Shown: one piece after another, positions 9,898 to 18,020 of the stretch
How the letters are laid out: each line of letters begins with the position of its first letter
How positions within the stretch are numbered: position 1 is the first letter of the stretch
Source of the DNA: SAR202 cluster bacterium
Lineage (GTDB): Bacteria > Chloroflexota > Dehalococcoidia > Lucifugimonadales > UBA826
DNA: 64,000 nucleotides
Assembly (NCBI GenBank): GCA_009392815.1
Contig: VFFS01000058.1
Span: 464 to 64,463 of the forward strand
Direction of reading: 5' to 3'
Notes under the pieces: generated by a model
Databases searched by the model: none
What the model saw: only the letters and a program-made list of their open reading frames with translations
Told to the model about the DNA's origin: nothing
Position numbers and translations under genes: made by a program

Positions 9898-10803
9898 ATG
9901 GATAAAGAAAAACCTGAGACAAAAAATGATGCTCTGCAAAGGATAAATTCAGGAGAGACTTTGATATCCGATGGGGCAACAGGAACTTTCCTACAACAAA
10001 ACGGACTTGAACCAGGTGGAGACCCTGAAGAATTTAATGCCACTCGACCAGATGTTGTCAAAAAGATGGCAAGAGAATATTTTGAGTCGGGGTCAGACTT
10101 AGTCCTAACCAATTCTTTTGGTGGAACCAAATATCGACAGGGTCACTATGGCTTTGGAGACAGGGTGACTGAGTTCAATAAGCTAGCTGCTGAACATGCA
10201 AAGAGTCAAGCTGCCGATGACAAATTCGTATTTGGTTCTGTTGGCCCCACCGGAGAATTCCTACAACCACTAGGGACGGTCTCAGAGGATGAAATGTATG
10301 AAGCATTTAAGGTTCAGATAGTAGCTTTAGAAACTGGAGGAGCGGACGGCGTTGTAATTGAGACTATGACTGCTATGGAGGAAGCATCTTTAGCAATAAG
10401 AGCAGCCAAAGAAAACACCAGATTAACTGTCGCCGCCACAATGACTTTCGACAAAGGTCCTAGGGGCTATTTTACAATGATGGGAATAACACCTGAGCAA
10501 GCCGCAGTTGGTTTAGGCGAATCCGGGGCGGATATAGTAGGAACCAACTGTGGAAATGGGATCGACAACATGATAGAAATCGCTCAGCGCATGAGAGAAT
10601 CAACCGCCCTGCCGCTCCTTGTACATTCAAACGCCGGTATACCAGGAATGGAGAAAGGTGAAATACTCTACCCAGAATCTCCAGACTTTATGGCAGAGCG
10701 GTTCCTTCGACTGAAAGAAGTAGGGGTAAACATAATAGGCGGCTGCTGTGGAACCGGTCCTTCCCACATAAAAGCCCTCGCGAAAGTTTTGGGAAAGGGG
10801 TAA
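9898..10803 (+). CDS. homocysteine S-methyltransferase-domain protein (MetH N-terminal / BHMT / MmuM family, zinc-thiol methyltransferase)
   Basis: 301 aa. LISDGATGT at the N-terminus and Zn-ligand cysteines in GTNCGNG and GGCCGTGP, the Cys / Cys-Cys triad of the family. Confidence 0.8.
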   Translation: MDKEKPETKNDALQRINSGETLISDGATGTFLQQNGLEPGGDPEEFNATRPDVVKKMAREYFESGSDLVLTNSFGGTKYRQGHYGFGDRVTEFNKLAAEHAKSQAADDKFVFGSVGPTGEFLQPLGTVSEDEMYEAFKVQIVALETGGADGVVIETMTAMEEASLAIRAAKENTRLTVAATMTFDKGPRGYFTMMGITPEQAAVGLGESGADIVGTNCGNGIDNMIEIAQRMRESTALPLLVHSNAGIPGMEKGEILYPESPDFMAERFLRLKEVGVNIIGGCCGTGPSHIKALAKVLGKG

Positions 10804-10807
10804 CAAT

Positions 10808-11482
10808 ATGGCTTTAACCGATTTTGAAGGCTTGCGACCATCAGAAGTGATATCACGGTATGGGAGATGTATTGAACTAGTTCCTTTAGATAAACACTTT
10901 AACGACATTTCTGTCGGCCTTTATCTAAAAGAGTCTATATTTACAGTCTGGACTTTTAGTAACAAACCGAACACTTCAGACAGGATAAAAGCTATAAGAA
11001 ACCAACTTATTGCCATCGGAGGTATGTCAGAAGTCCCAGGCACTGACAACCAGGTTAGATTTGAATGTGGTTCACTACATGAACGACCGGTGAAGTTCTT
11101 GCTCAATCAATCCGTTGGTAAGGCTCCAGACTTTGCCCCCTCAAGTGGTGAACTAGTGATAAAAGACAGCAAATCAGATTTGATGATAAATGCAGCACCT
11201 TTTCTACGGGAAGGTAGCTGGTTTTACAGAATCACAACAACAGGAAAAGCAAAAAATCCATCTATGAGACTGAGAATGATATTGGCTGGATTTTCTCGTT
11301 ACGGTGAAATGGACAAAATAGGGGACGATGAAGTTGCATTTGAATGTAGAGACCAACATGACGGGCTGATGAGATTATTGATGCCATATTCTAGAAATAT
11401 TAGTAGCGTTGAAACAATGATGGCCGCCGAAGATATGAGAGGCCAAATGACAACAAGTACACTGGGATTCAGTCAAACGTAG
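10808..11482 (+). CDS. hypothetical protein, internally duplicated (two ~75-aa halves, each with an FEC-x3-H motif)
   Basis: 224 aa, starting 4 nt after the preceding stop. The halves align to each other (..VRFECGSLHERPVKFLL.. versus ..VAFECRDQHDGLMRLLM..). No family recognised. Confidence 0.6.
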   Translation: MALTDFEGLRPSEVISRYGRCIELVPLDKHFNDISVGLYLKESIFTVWTFSNKPNTSDRIKAIRNQLIAIGGMSEVPGTDNQVRFECGSLHERPVKFLLNQSVGKAPDFAPSSGELVIKDSKSDLMINAAPFLREGSWFYRITTTGKAKNPSMRLRMILAGFSRYGEMDKIGDDEVAFECRDQHDGLMRLLMPYSRNISSVETMMAAEDMRGQMTTSTLGFSQT

Positions 11483-11497
11483 GGAGGCTTAAACACC

Positions 11498-12541
11498 ATG
11501 ACTACTAGCAAAAATGAAACTATGACTCCAAAGCAGCGGGTTATGAATGCTCTAGCAGGCAACCCAGTAGACAGAACCCCTGTGGCAAACCCCACGAATG
11601 TAGCGACAGTGGAACTAATGGACTTAGTAGATGCTCCCTTCCCAGAAGCATGTCAAAATCCTGAACTGGCTGCCAGATTAGCCGCGACGGGATACACAGA
11701 ATTAGGTTTCGATAGTATTTCCCCCTATTTCAGCATAATTCAAGAGTCCTCTGCCTTAGGCTGTGAAATGCAATGGGAAGAAAAAGACAACTGGCCTACC
11801 GTACGAATGTATAACCCTGTTTGGAAAGATGCTGACGACATACATATTCCCAGCAATTTTCTAGAACACAGGGACGTGAAGGCCATAACAGAGTCCATAA
11901 AAATACTAAAACAGGAATACGGAGATGAAGTAGCCATTATTGGAAAAACAATGGGACCATGGACTCTTGCTTACCATGTTTTTGGAGTAGAGAGATTCCT
12001 CCTCGGTACTGTGGATAATCCAGACGAAACAATGAGAGCACTTGAAAAACTCACTGAAATCTCCGTACTTTTTGGGGAAGCCCAAATTGATGCGGGAGCA
12101 GACGTTTTAACGTTCCCTGACCATGCTACCGGTGACCTAGTAAGCGGAGAGTACTATAAGAGATTTTTGCAGGATATTCATACTGACATGGTTGAAGCGT
12201 TGCCCGTACCGTTAATCCTTCACATATGCGGCAGAACAGTGGACCGGATGCCTTATATTTCTCAAACAGGCATGGCCTCGTTTCATTTCGATTCTAAAAA
12301 CGACCCGCAAGAAGCTATGGATGCTGTCAATGGAGAGATTGGGTTAGTAGGCAATATAAACAATCCGGAAACACTTTACGCTCGAGGGTCTGAAGAAGTC
12401 AGGCAAGAGGTATATAAGTGCCTCGAGGCGGGGGTACAAATGATAGCGCCAGAATGCGCGGTGCCTCTGGCAACAAAAATACAAAATCTTATGGAAATCC
12501 CTCTTGCAGTTAAAGATTGGACAGCTGAACGAAATAGTTAA
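11498..12541 (+). CDS. MtaA/MtbA/CmuA-type methyltransferase (UroD-fold, zinc-dependent methylcobamide methyltransferase family)
   Basis: 347 aa. The N-terminus VMNALAGNPVDRTPVANPTNVATVELMDLVDAPFPEACQNPELAARLA aligns closely with Methanosarcina MtaA (LLAALKGEPVDKVPV...VELMDVVGAPWPEAHTNPELMAKLA). It has the Zn motif LHICG plus a later APECA Cys, and lacks the HemE RQAGR motif. Confidence 0.8.
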   Translation: MTTSKNETMTPKQRVMNALAGNPVDRTPVANPTNVATVELMDLVDAPFPEACQNPELAARLAATGYTELGFDSISPYFSIIQESSALGCEMQWEEKDNWPTVRMYNPVWKDADDIHIPSNFLEHRDVKAITESIKILKQEYGDEVAIIGKTMGPWTLAYHVFGVERFLLGTVDNPDETMRALEKLTEISVLFGEAQIDAGADVLTFPDHATGDLVSGEYYKRFLQDIHTDMVEALPVPLILHICGRTVDRMPYISQTGMASFHFDSKNDPQEAMDAVNGEIGLVGNINNPETLYARGSEEVRQEVYKCLEAGVQMIAPECAVPLATKIQNLMEIPLAVKDWTAERNS

Positions 12542-12654
12542 TAGTTCAACTCTCCTTTACTGGCCTTATAATTATAATTTGCATCTTTATTACAAAACTT
12601 GACCAAACACAAATAGAAGAATTGTTTAAAAATACAATCTCATAAGGAATACAA

Positions 12655-13407
12655 ATGCCGGTTGTTAATGAGGATCTTGAAAAAGAATTAACATACGTGA
12701 CTAATCCCTCAGAGGAGTCTCATATCCGATCGCTCTGGGATAATGCTGATCCACTAATGCAGAAAATTTCCGTGAACCTTATACACGGAAATAACAACGA
12801 AGTATACGAGTTGACCAAGGAAGCGTTAGATAAAGGATTCAGCGCGAACACCGTGCTAGATGATGGTCTGATCGCAGGAATGGCTATAGTAGGAGTCAAA
12901 TTCAGAGACAACATAATCTTTGTACCTGAAGTACTTGTTGCTGCCAGGGCCATGAAAGCTGGAATGGAGCATGTTGAGCCTATTCTTTCCGCTTCCGGAG
13001 TAGAACCTATGGGTACTATAATCATGGGAACTGTCAAAGGCGATCTCCATGATATCGGTAAAAACCTTTGCATAATGATGCTTAGAGGAGCAGGATTTAC
13101 AGTCGTTGACCTCGGAGTTGATACCTCTGCAGATGAATTTATTGAGGCCTTAGAAGAAAATGATGCAAGTGTTCTAGGAATGTCGGCTCTGTTAACTACG
13201 ACCATGCCTAATATGGGAAGAACCATCGAAGCCATAGAGGAAGTGGAAATGAGAGACTTGGTCAAAGTAATGGTTGGAGGGGCCCCGCTTTCACAGGAGT
13301 TCGCAGATGACATGGGAGCGGACGGTTACGGAAAAGACGCTATAGAATGCGTTGATTTAGCAAAATCATTTCTGGGCCTTGGGCAAGAAACTGGCGTCGC
13401 TTCCTAA
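12655..13407 (+). CDS. cobalamin-binding corrinoid protein (MtaC/MtmC/MetH-B12-domain type)
   Basis: 250 aa. N-terminal helical cap domain, the base-off/His-on motif GDLHDIGKN (DxHxxG), then SALLTT and a GG..L Rossmann-like B12-binding domain. Confidence 0.85.
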   Translation: MPVVNEDLEKELTYVTNPSEESHIRSLWDNADPLMQKISVNLIHGNNNEVYELTKEALDKGFSANTVLDDGLIAGMAIVGVKFRDNIIFVPEVLVAARAMKAGMEHVEPILSASGVEPMGTIIMGTVKGDLHDIGKNLCIMMLRGAGFTVVDLGVDTSADEFIEALEENDASVLGMSALLTTTMPNMGRTIEAIEEVEMRDLVKVMVGGAPLSQEFADDMGADGYGKDAIECVDLAKSFLGLGQETGVAS

Positions 13408-13425
13408 ACAAAAAGGACTCATAAA

Positions 13426-13704
13426 GTGCCAGACAATATCGGCGATAACGAGCCACAGTTTGACAAGGAAAAATATGCTGCCAGCCTAACAAGACTGGAC
13501 AGCATATTTAGAAATATATCTAAATCCGTTACCGAAATCTCCAAGTCTCGCTGCCCCTACAAAAATGTGCAGGACAGATGCACAGCAAAATTTGGCTGCA
13601 GAAACCAAAATATAAAGGTTCCGCCTGGAGAGATGTATATTTGCGTGGGTAGTGATGATTTAGATTATCGTGATGCTTGGGAGTCTGAAACACCGATAGT
13701 TTGA
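13426..13704 (+). CDS. small Cys-rich hypothetical protein
   Basis: 92 aa, GTG start 18 nt after the corrinoid protein stop. Cys pattern C-x8-C-x5-C-x14-C (SRCPYKNVQDRCTAKFGCRN...YICVG). No family recognised. Confidence 0.45.
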   Translation: MPDNIGDNEPQFDKEKYAASLTRLDSIFRNISKSVTEISKSRCPYKNVQDRCTAKFGCRNQNIKVPPGEMYICVGSDDLDYRDAWESETPIV

Positions 13705-13837
13705 GTTATATCACCTCTAATCAAACTAACAATGTGTACCGTGGTTGTTCGCCATTCTATAAGCAGGTTCCTCGACTTTTCCCTTCATCAATCTGTATTC
13801 TCAATTTATTATTGATTTCATTTGTTAGGATTGAGTC

Positions 13838-15469
13838 ATGTCTCCAGTAATAGCTGATGGCCGAAAGGTCCAATATAAAGAGAAAAATACTTTATTTGAT
13901 TACGCGGACTCCCTTGATGTCCGGGTACCCACCTCATGCGGACGAACAGGAGAATGTCACGAATGCATAGTTGAGATCAAAAAAGGTATGAACTCATTAA
14001 ATCCCATTACCAAGCATGAGGAGTTTCTTAGGGGTAACTATAGACTTGCCTGTAGAACTAGGTTGGAGGACCCACACGCAACAGTGGAATTTGCCACACT
14101 TAGAAGACAGCCACGCATTTTGTCTGAAAGCATAAATAGAAAAGTCCCACTAGATACCAGGGTAATCAAAGAGAACGATAATGTTGTTTTGGACGGGAAA
14201 ATCATCGATAGATACAGAGGAGGTATCTATGGAATAGCTGGAGACATAGGTACTACAACAGTCGTTTTAAACTTGGTTGACTTGGAATCAGGTGAAATAA
14301 TTCAAACCTCCTCATTTGAAAATCCCCAGAGATTTGGGGGAGGCGACGTTATGAACCGTATCTCTTATGATGGAGGAGCGTTTCATGGAGAATTAAAGCA
14401 AGTAATGCTCTCATCTATCAATTTCGAAATTGGTGCGATGACTCGAAATCCTAATTGGAAATCCCTTCATAGACGATGCATTTATGACGTAGTACTGGTA
14501 GGAAACACAACAATGAGGGACCTGCTATATGGGATAGACGTCCAACCTGTCGGCCAAAAACCTTATAAATCATTAATTCAAACGGAATTTGAAAACAAGG
14601 AGCGTGATTCCACAGCAATAGAATGCTCAGCTGCCGACATCGGTTTAAGAGTACACCCCAAAGCGAATGTATACAGTGGACCGCTAGTAGGATCGCATGT
14701 TGGAACTGATGTAGCAGCCGATATGTTGGCTATTGGAATGGATAAAGCAAAATCTCCAAGAATGCTCGTAGACATTGGCACAAATACTGAGGTCGTTATC
14801 GGAGATAATTCCGGGATGGTAACTGCCTCCTGCCCTGCTGGCCCCGCTTTTGAAGGTGGGGAGGTAACCTACGGTATGCCCGGATACGATGGAGCAGTGG
14901 AAGCAGTTACCATTCATGAAGGGAAGGTAAGTATCTCCACTATCGGCGATGTGGAAGTAGAAGGTATCTGTGGCTCCGGGCTAGTAGATCTCCTTTCTGA
15001 ATTACGTAGAACGGAAACTATGGACGAACTTGGAAAATATTCAAATGATTCCAATCAATTCGCCTTCGCTGCTGACCGAGAAATGTACCTTTATAGATCC
15101 GACATAAGTGCTTTAGCCCAGGCTAAATCTGCGAATTATTCAGGACAGTTCATAGCCATGAGGCATTTCGGAAAATCAATAGAAGACTTAGAAGCTCTAT
15201 ATCTTGCGGGGGGATTTGCAAACTATATAAATGCTGATAACGCGAAAGCGATTGGATTCATAGCAGACTTCCCCACAGAAAAGATATCCAAAGTGGGGAA
15301 TGCCTCACTGGAAGGAGCAACCATTATGCTCAAATCCGTCTCCTCAAGACGGTCCATAGAAAAACTGGTAAGAAAAGTTGAACACATAGAATTGGAAACA
15401 ACACCTGACTTTTTTGATATTTTTGTCGAAGGATGTTTGTTCAAACCCATGCCACAAGAAATTTTTTGA
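13838..15469 (+). CDS. corrinoid reductive activase (RACo-like: N-terminal [2Fe-2S] ferredoxin domain plus ASKHA ATPase domain)
   Basis: 543 aa. Plant-type ferredoxin Cys motif SCGRTGECHECIV...LACRT, then ASKHA-type phosphate loops GIAGDIGTTT and LVDIGTNTE and a later GICGSG. Confidence 0.8.
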   Translation: MSPVIADGRKVQYKEKNTLFDYADSLDVRVPTSCGRTGECHECIVEIKKGMNSLNPITKHEEFLRGNYRLACRTRLEDPHATVEFATLRRQPRILSESINRKVPLDTRVIKENDNVVLDGKIIDRYRGGIYGIAGDIGTTTVVLNLVDLESGEIIQTSSFENPQRFGGGDVMNRISYDGGAFHGELKQVMLSSINFEIGAMTRNPNWKSLHRRCIYDVVLVGNTTMRDLLYGIDVQPVGQKPYKSLIQTEFENKERDSTAIECSAADIGLRVHPKANVYSGPLVGSHVGTDVAADMLAIGMDKAKSPRMLVDIGTNTEVVIGDNSGMVTASCPAGPAFEGGEVTYGMPGYDGAVEAVTIHEGKVSISTIGDVEVEGICGSGLVDLLSELRRTETMDELGKYSNDSNQFAFAADREMYLYRSDISALAQAKSANYSGQFIAMRHFGKSIEDLEALYLAGGFANYINADNAKAIGFIADFPTEKISKVGNASLEGATIMLKSVSSRRSIEKLVRKVEHIELETTPDFFDIFVEGCLFKPMPQEIF

Positions 15470-15497
15470 AGCTGCCAGTCATAAAAGGGGTTATCTC

Positions 15498-16499
15498 ATG
15501 AGTTGGAAGGTATTAATAACAGATCATGTCTGGCCGAATACAGATCCAGAAAGAAAAGTGCTAGAGGCTGCAGGTGCGGAAGTTTTGATATCGCCAGATG
15601 GTGAGGAAAGTACGCTTATTGAACTTTCAAAAGATGTTGATGCAATTATGACATGCTTCGCTCAAGTTACCGAAAATGTTGTACGAGCAGCTACAAAATG
15701 TGTTGTTATAGGAAGATTTGGGGTTGGAACAGATAACATCGCTGTTGATACAGCCACAGAGCTAGGTATAGCGGTAACCTACGTACCCGATTATTGTATT
15801 GATGAGGTTTCAGACCATGTCATAGCCATGATGAACACCTGGAACAGAAAAATCAGTTTATTTGACCAGTCTGTTAAGAGAGACGGATGGGGACATCTAG
15901 GTTTAACGATGCGAATCATGCGACTAAGAGGAAAAACAATTGGAATAGTCGGATTTGGAAGAATCGGTCAGGCAGTGGCGCAAAAAGCCGCGGCCTTCGG
16001 AATGAACATACTAGCATCTGATCCGGTTATATCTAAAGCAACAGCTGAAGAACATGGAGCGAGATTAGTTGACATGCAGGAACTACTCACAAGTTCGGAC
16101 TTCGTGACTTTACATGCACCTTTGATTCCCTCAACACACCACCTTATCGGAGAATCAGAACTGAACTCAATGAAAGAAGAGGCTTTTTTGATTAACGCCG
16201 CCAGGGGGCCTTTGATTGATGAACAGGCCCTACACAAAGCACTGAACGACGGAAGTATCGCTGGTGCAGGCCTTGATGTGATGGAAGATAATGTACCTCC
16301 CAAAGACCATCCTCTTCTACAACTCGATAACGTAATAGTAACCCCGCACACAGCATTTTTTTCCCAAGAATCAACTCTGGAGCTTGAAGAACGCGCAGCT
16401 TCTGAAGTTGTGAATGTTTACCAGGGACTGATGCCAGATAACCTTTTTAATGGGGACGTCCTAGACCATCCATCACCCCGCAGAAAATTACAGGAATAA
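15498..16499 (+). CDS. D-isomer-specific 2-hydroxyacid dehydrogenase family protein
   Basis: The ORF-track start at 15414 overlaps the previous gene. ATG 15498 has AAAGGGG upstream and gives MSWKVLITD. NAD-binding GIVGFGRIGQAVA, then NAARG and TPH catalytic-His context. Confidence 0.85.
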   Translation: MSWKVLITDHVWPNTDPERKVLEAAGAEVLISPDGEESTLIELSKDVDAIMTCFAQVTENVVRAATKCVVIGRFGVGTDNIAVDTATELGIAVTYVPDYCIDEVSDHVIAMMNTWNRKISLFDQSVKRDGWGHLGLTMRIMRLRGKTIGIVGFGRIGQAVAQKAAAFGMNILASDPVISKATAEEHGARLVDMQELLTSSDFVTLHAPLIPSTHHLIGESELNSMKEEAFLINAARGPLIDEQALHKALNDGSIAGAGLDVMEDNVPPKDHPLLQLDNVIVTPHTAFFSQESTLELEERAASEVVNVYQGLMPDNLFNGDVLDHPSPRRKLQE

Positions 16500-16540
16500 T
16501 TTATTCTTTTGATTTCTGTACTAGCATGGATCCCATGAGG

Positions 16541-17030
16541 TCAAAGTGAAGTTGTGAATAGCACAACAGAATTATATTGGCTGGTAAATCTGTTTTTTAC
16601 GAACTCTACAATTGTGTCTAAAGCTATAGTACTGGCCTGAACAAAGGGATATCCATACGCTCCTGTACTGATACTGGGGAAAGCTATGCTCTTAATAGCA
16701 TGGTCTTTTGCCAAGTTAAGAGAGTTTCTATAGCAGGATTGAAGTAGCTGAGCTTCTCCGTCATTGCCTCCCATCCACACAGGTCCCACCGTGTGAATTA
16801 TCATGTTGGCCCTCAGTTTATACCCTTTGGTATGCCTCGCTTCGCCAACCGAACAACCACCAAGTGATTTACATTCATACAATAGCTCTGGACCAGCTTC
16901 GCGATGTATTGCGCCATCGACACTTCCCTCCGAGGAGGGAAGTGTTAGCCGCGTTTACTATGGCATAGACTTCTAACTCTGTGATATTTCCGAGGGTAAC
17001 TTGAACTCGTTTACTAATCGACTGATTCAT
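16541..17030 (-). pseudogene. macro-domain protein (YmdB/O-acetyl-ADP-ribose deacetylase-like) disrupted by a frameshift, or a sequencing error
   Basis: From ATG 17030, frame 1 encodes MNQSISKRVQVTLGNITELEVYAIVNAANTSLLGG and then stops. The next frame continues (G)SVDGAIHREAGPELLYECKSLGG...HTVGPVW...FPSISTGAYGYP, the tracked ORF 16541-16882. The total length of 490 nt is not a multiple of three. The shift maps to about 16923-16931. Confidence 0.75.
16920..16945. repeat. perfect 11-bp inverted repeat (ACACTTCCCTC cgag GAGGGAAGTGT) at the macro-domain frameshift site
   Basis: Read directly from the sequence. The arms are 16920-16930 and 16935-16945, with a 4-nt spacer. Confidence 0.9.
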
Positions 17031-17049
17031 ATATATGACGGCCTGCAAG

Positions 17050-17826
17050 CTATATCATCGAAATACTTTGTCCACCGTCAATGACAATACATGAGCCTGT
17101 TATTAACCCAGACCTATTTGAAGCCAAGAATGCGACAAGATCTCCCAATGGTTCCGGCCATCCAAACCTACCCATTGGCAAGTTATCGCTGATAAAGCCC
17201 TCCACCACATCAGGAGAATTTTCATTCTGGAATCTCTCCCAACTCCCTTCAGGAACTTCGATCGAACCGGGAGCAATGGAATTCACCAATATTCCATCTT
17301 TAGCCAAAGAAATAGCAGAATGCTTCGTGGCAGCTATTAACGCGGCCTTTGCGGACATATAGGAAATATTACCTCCATACTCCCTTCCGTATATCGAGGC
17401 AATATTTATGATTCGACCCCAATTATTTTCCTTCATTTGAGGTATGACAAGTTTCATTAACTCAAATCCCCCAAACAGATTAAGATCAAAAGTTTTTTTG
17501 TAGTCTTCAAGACTTGTGCCTTCAATATCTTCTCTTGATAGGGACCCTCCAGCATTGTTGACGAGTATATCTACGGCACCAAGTGATTCACAGACCTCAC
17601 TATGTAAGGACCCAATATCGGCTGATTCGGTAACGTCAGCGATGATACCTAACGAGTTAACACCGAGTTTCTTAATTTCAGTGACCGTTGAGCTTAATGA
17701 CCTTTCTGTCCTGCCACAAATAGCTACATCTACACCCTCATGTGCAAGCGCCAAGGCACTTTGCCTCCCAAGTCCCCTGCTCCCGCCTGTAATCAGCGCC
17801 ACTTTACCTTTTATACCTAGATCCAT
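17050..17826 (-). CDS. SDR-family oxidoreductase
   Basis: 258 aa. Motifs TGGSRGLG, NNAG and catalytic YMSAKAA (YxxxK). Confidence 0.85.
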   Translation of the reverse strand: MDLGIKGKVALITGGSRGLGRQSALALAHEGVDVAICGRTERSLSSTVTEIKKLGVNSLGIIADVTESADIGSLHSEVCESLGAVDILVNNAGGSLSREDIEGTSLEDYKKTFDLNLFGGFELMKLVIPQMKENNWGRIINIASIYGREYGGNISYMSAKAALIAATKHSAISLAKDGILVNSIAPGSIEVPEGSWERFQNENSPDVVEGFISDNLPMGRFGWPEPLGDLVAFLASNRSGLITGSCIVIDGGQSISMI

Positions 17827-17981
17827 TTAACAATCTCCTTCTACTCGAAAATGATCTCCGTCAGGATGAGTCTATCTGAAGCAAACCATATATCCAAGAA
17901 TAGCCATTCTGGCACTCTAAAAAATTCCAATTTGCACGAAATTCATAGACTTGAAAGCTTATACTTCGTCAAACTTATTTC

Positions 17982-18010
17982 TTGACTGAATAATCTTACT
18001 AACCTAGTAT
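17982..18010 (+). promoter_or_regulatory. candidate sigma70-type promoter for the PHP gene (TTGACT-17 nt-TAGTAT)
   Basis: -35 at 17982-17987 and -10 at 18005-18010, with ATG at 18021 and no SD between them. This implies a very short or absent leader. Based on the pattern match only. Confidence 0.3.
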
Positions 18011-18020
18011 TTATTGCTAT

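Noticed and set aside
11498-12541. I considered calling the UroD-fold protein uroporphyrinogen decarboxylase (hemE).
   Set aside because: It lacks the HemE N-terminal RQAGR motif. It carries the MtaA-type HxC zinc motif and aligns closely with MtaA at the N-terminus. Its neighbours are corrinoid-system genes.
12720-13313. Long antisense ORFs inside well-supported genes. Examples are 12720-13313, 52621-53115, 49713-50153, 27740-28165, 44452-44886, 15968-16351 and 57595-57978.
   Set aside because: All lie fully within, and opposite to, genes with clear family motifs. Their low-complexity Ser/Pro/Ala-rich translations have no recognisable motifs. They are typical shadow ORFs.
13702-13837. I considered UGA read-through (a second Sec codon) extending the small Cys-rich ORF.
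   Set aside because: The read-through frame gives a hydrophobic, low-information peptide. There is no hairpin at SECIS distance and no Cys/Sec-type motif.
9543-15469. I considered pyrrolysine (in-frame TAG) genes in the corrinoid methyltransferase cluster.
   Set aside because: No MttB/MtbB/MtmB-like reading frame, interrupted or intact, is present. All cluster ORFs are continuous and adjacent gaps are short.
15414-15497. N-terminal extensions in the ORF track: 15414 for the 2-hydroxyacid dehydrogenase, 18625 for the hotdog gene, 19558 for the M16 peptidase, 57515 for rph, 35223 for the aminotransferase and 22999 for the histidine phosphatase.
   Set aside because: Each extension overlaps the upstream gene or a divergent promoter region. 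Each also precedes an internal ATG that has a good SD and matches the canonical homologue N-terminus. The shorter starts were adopted.
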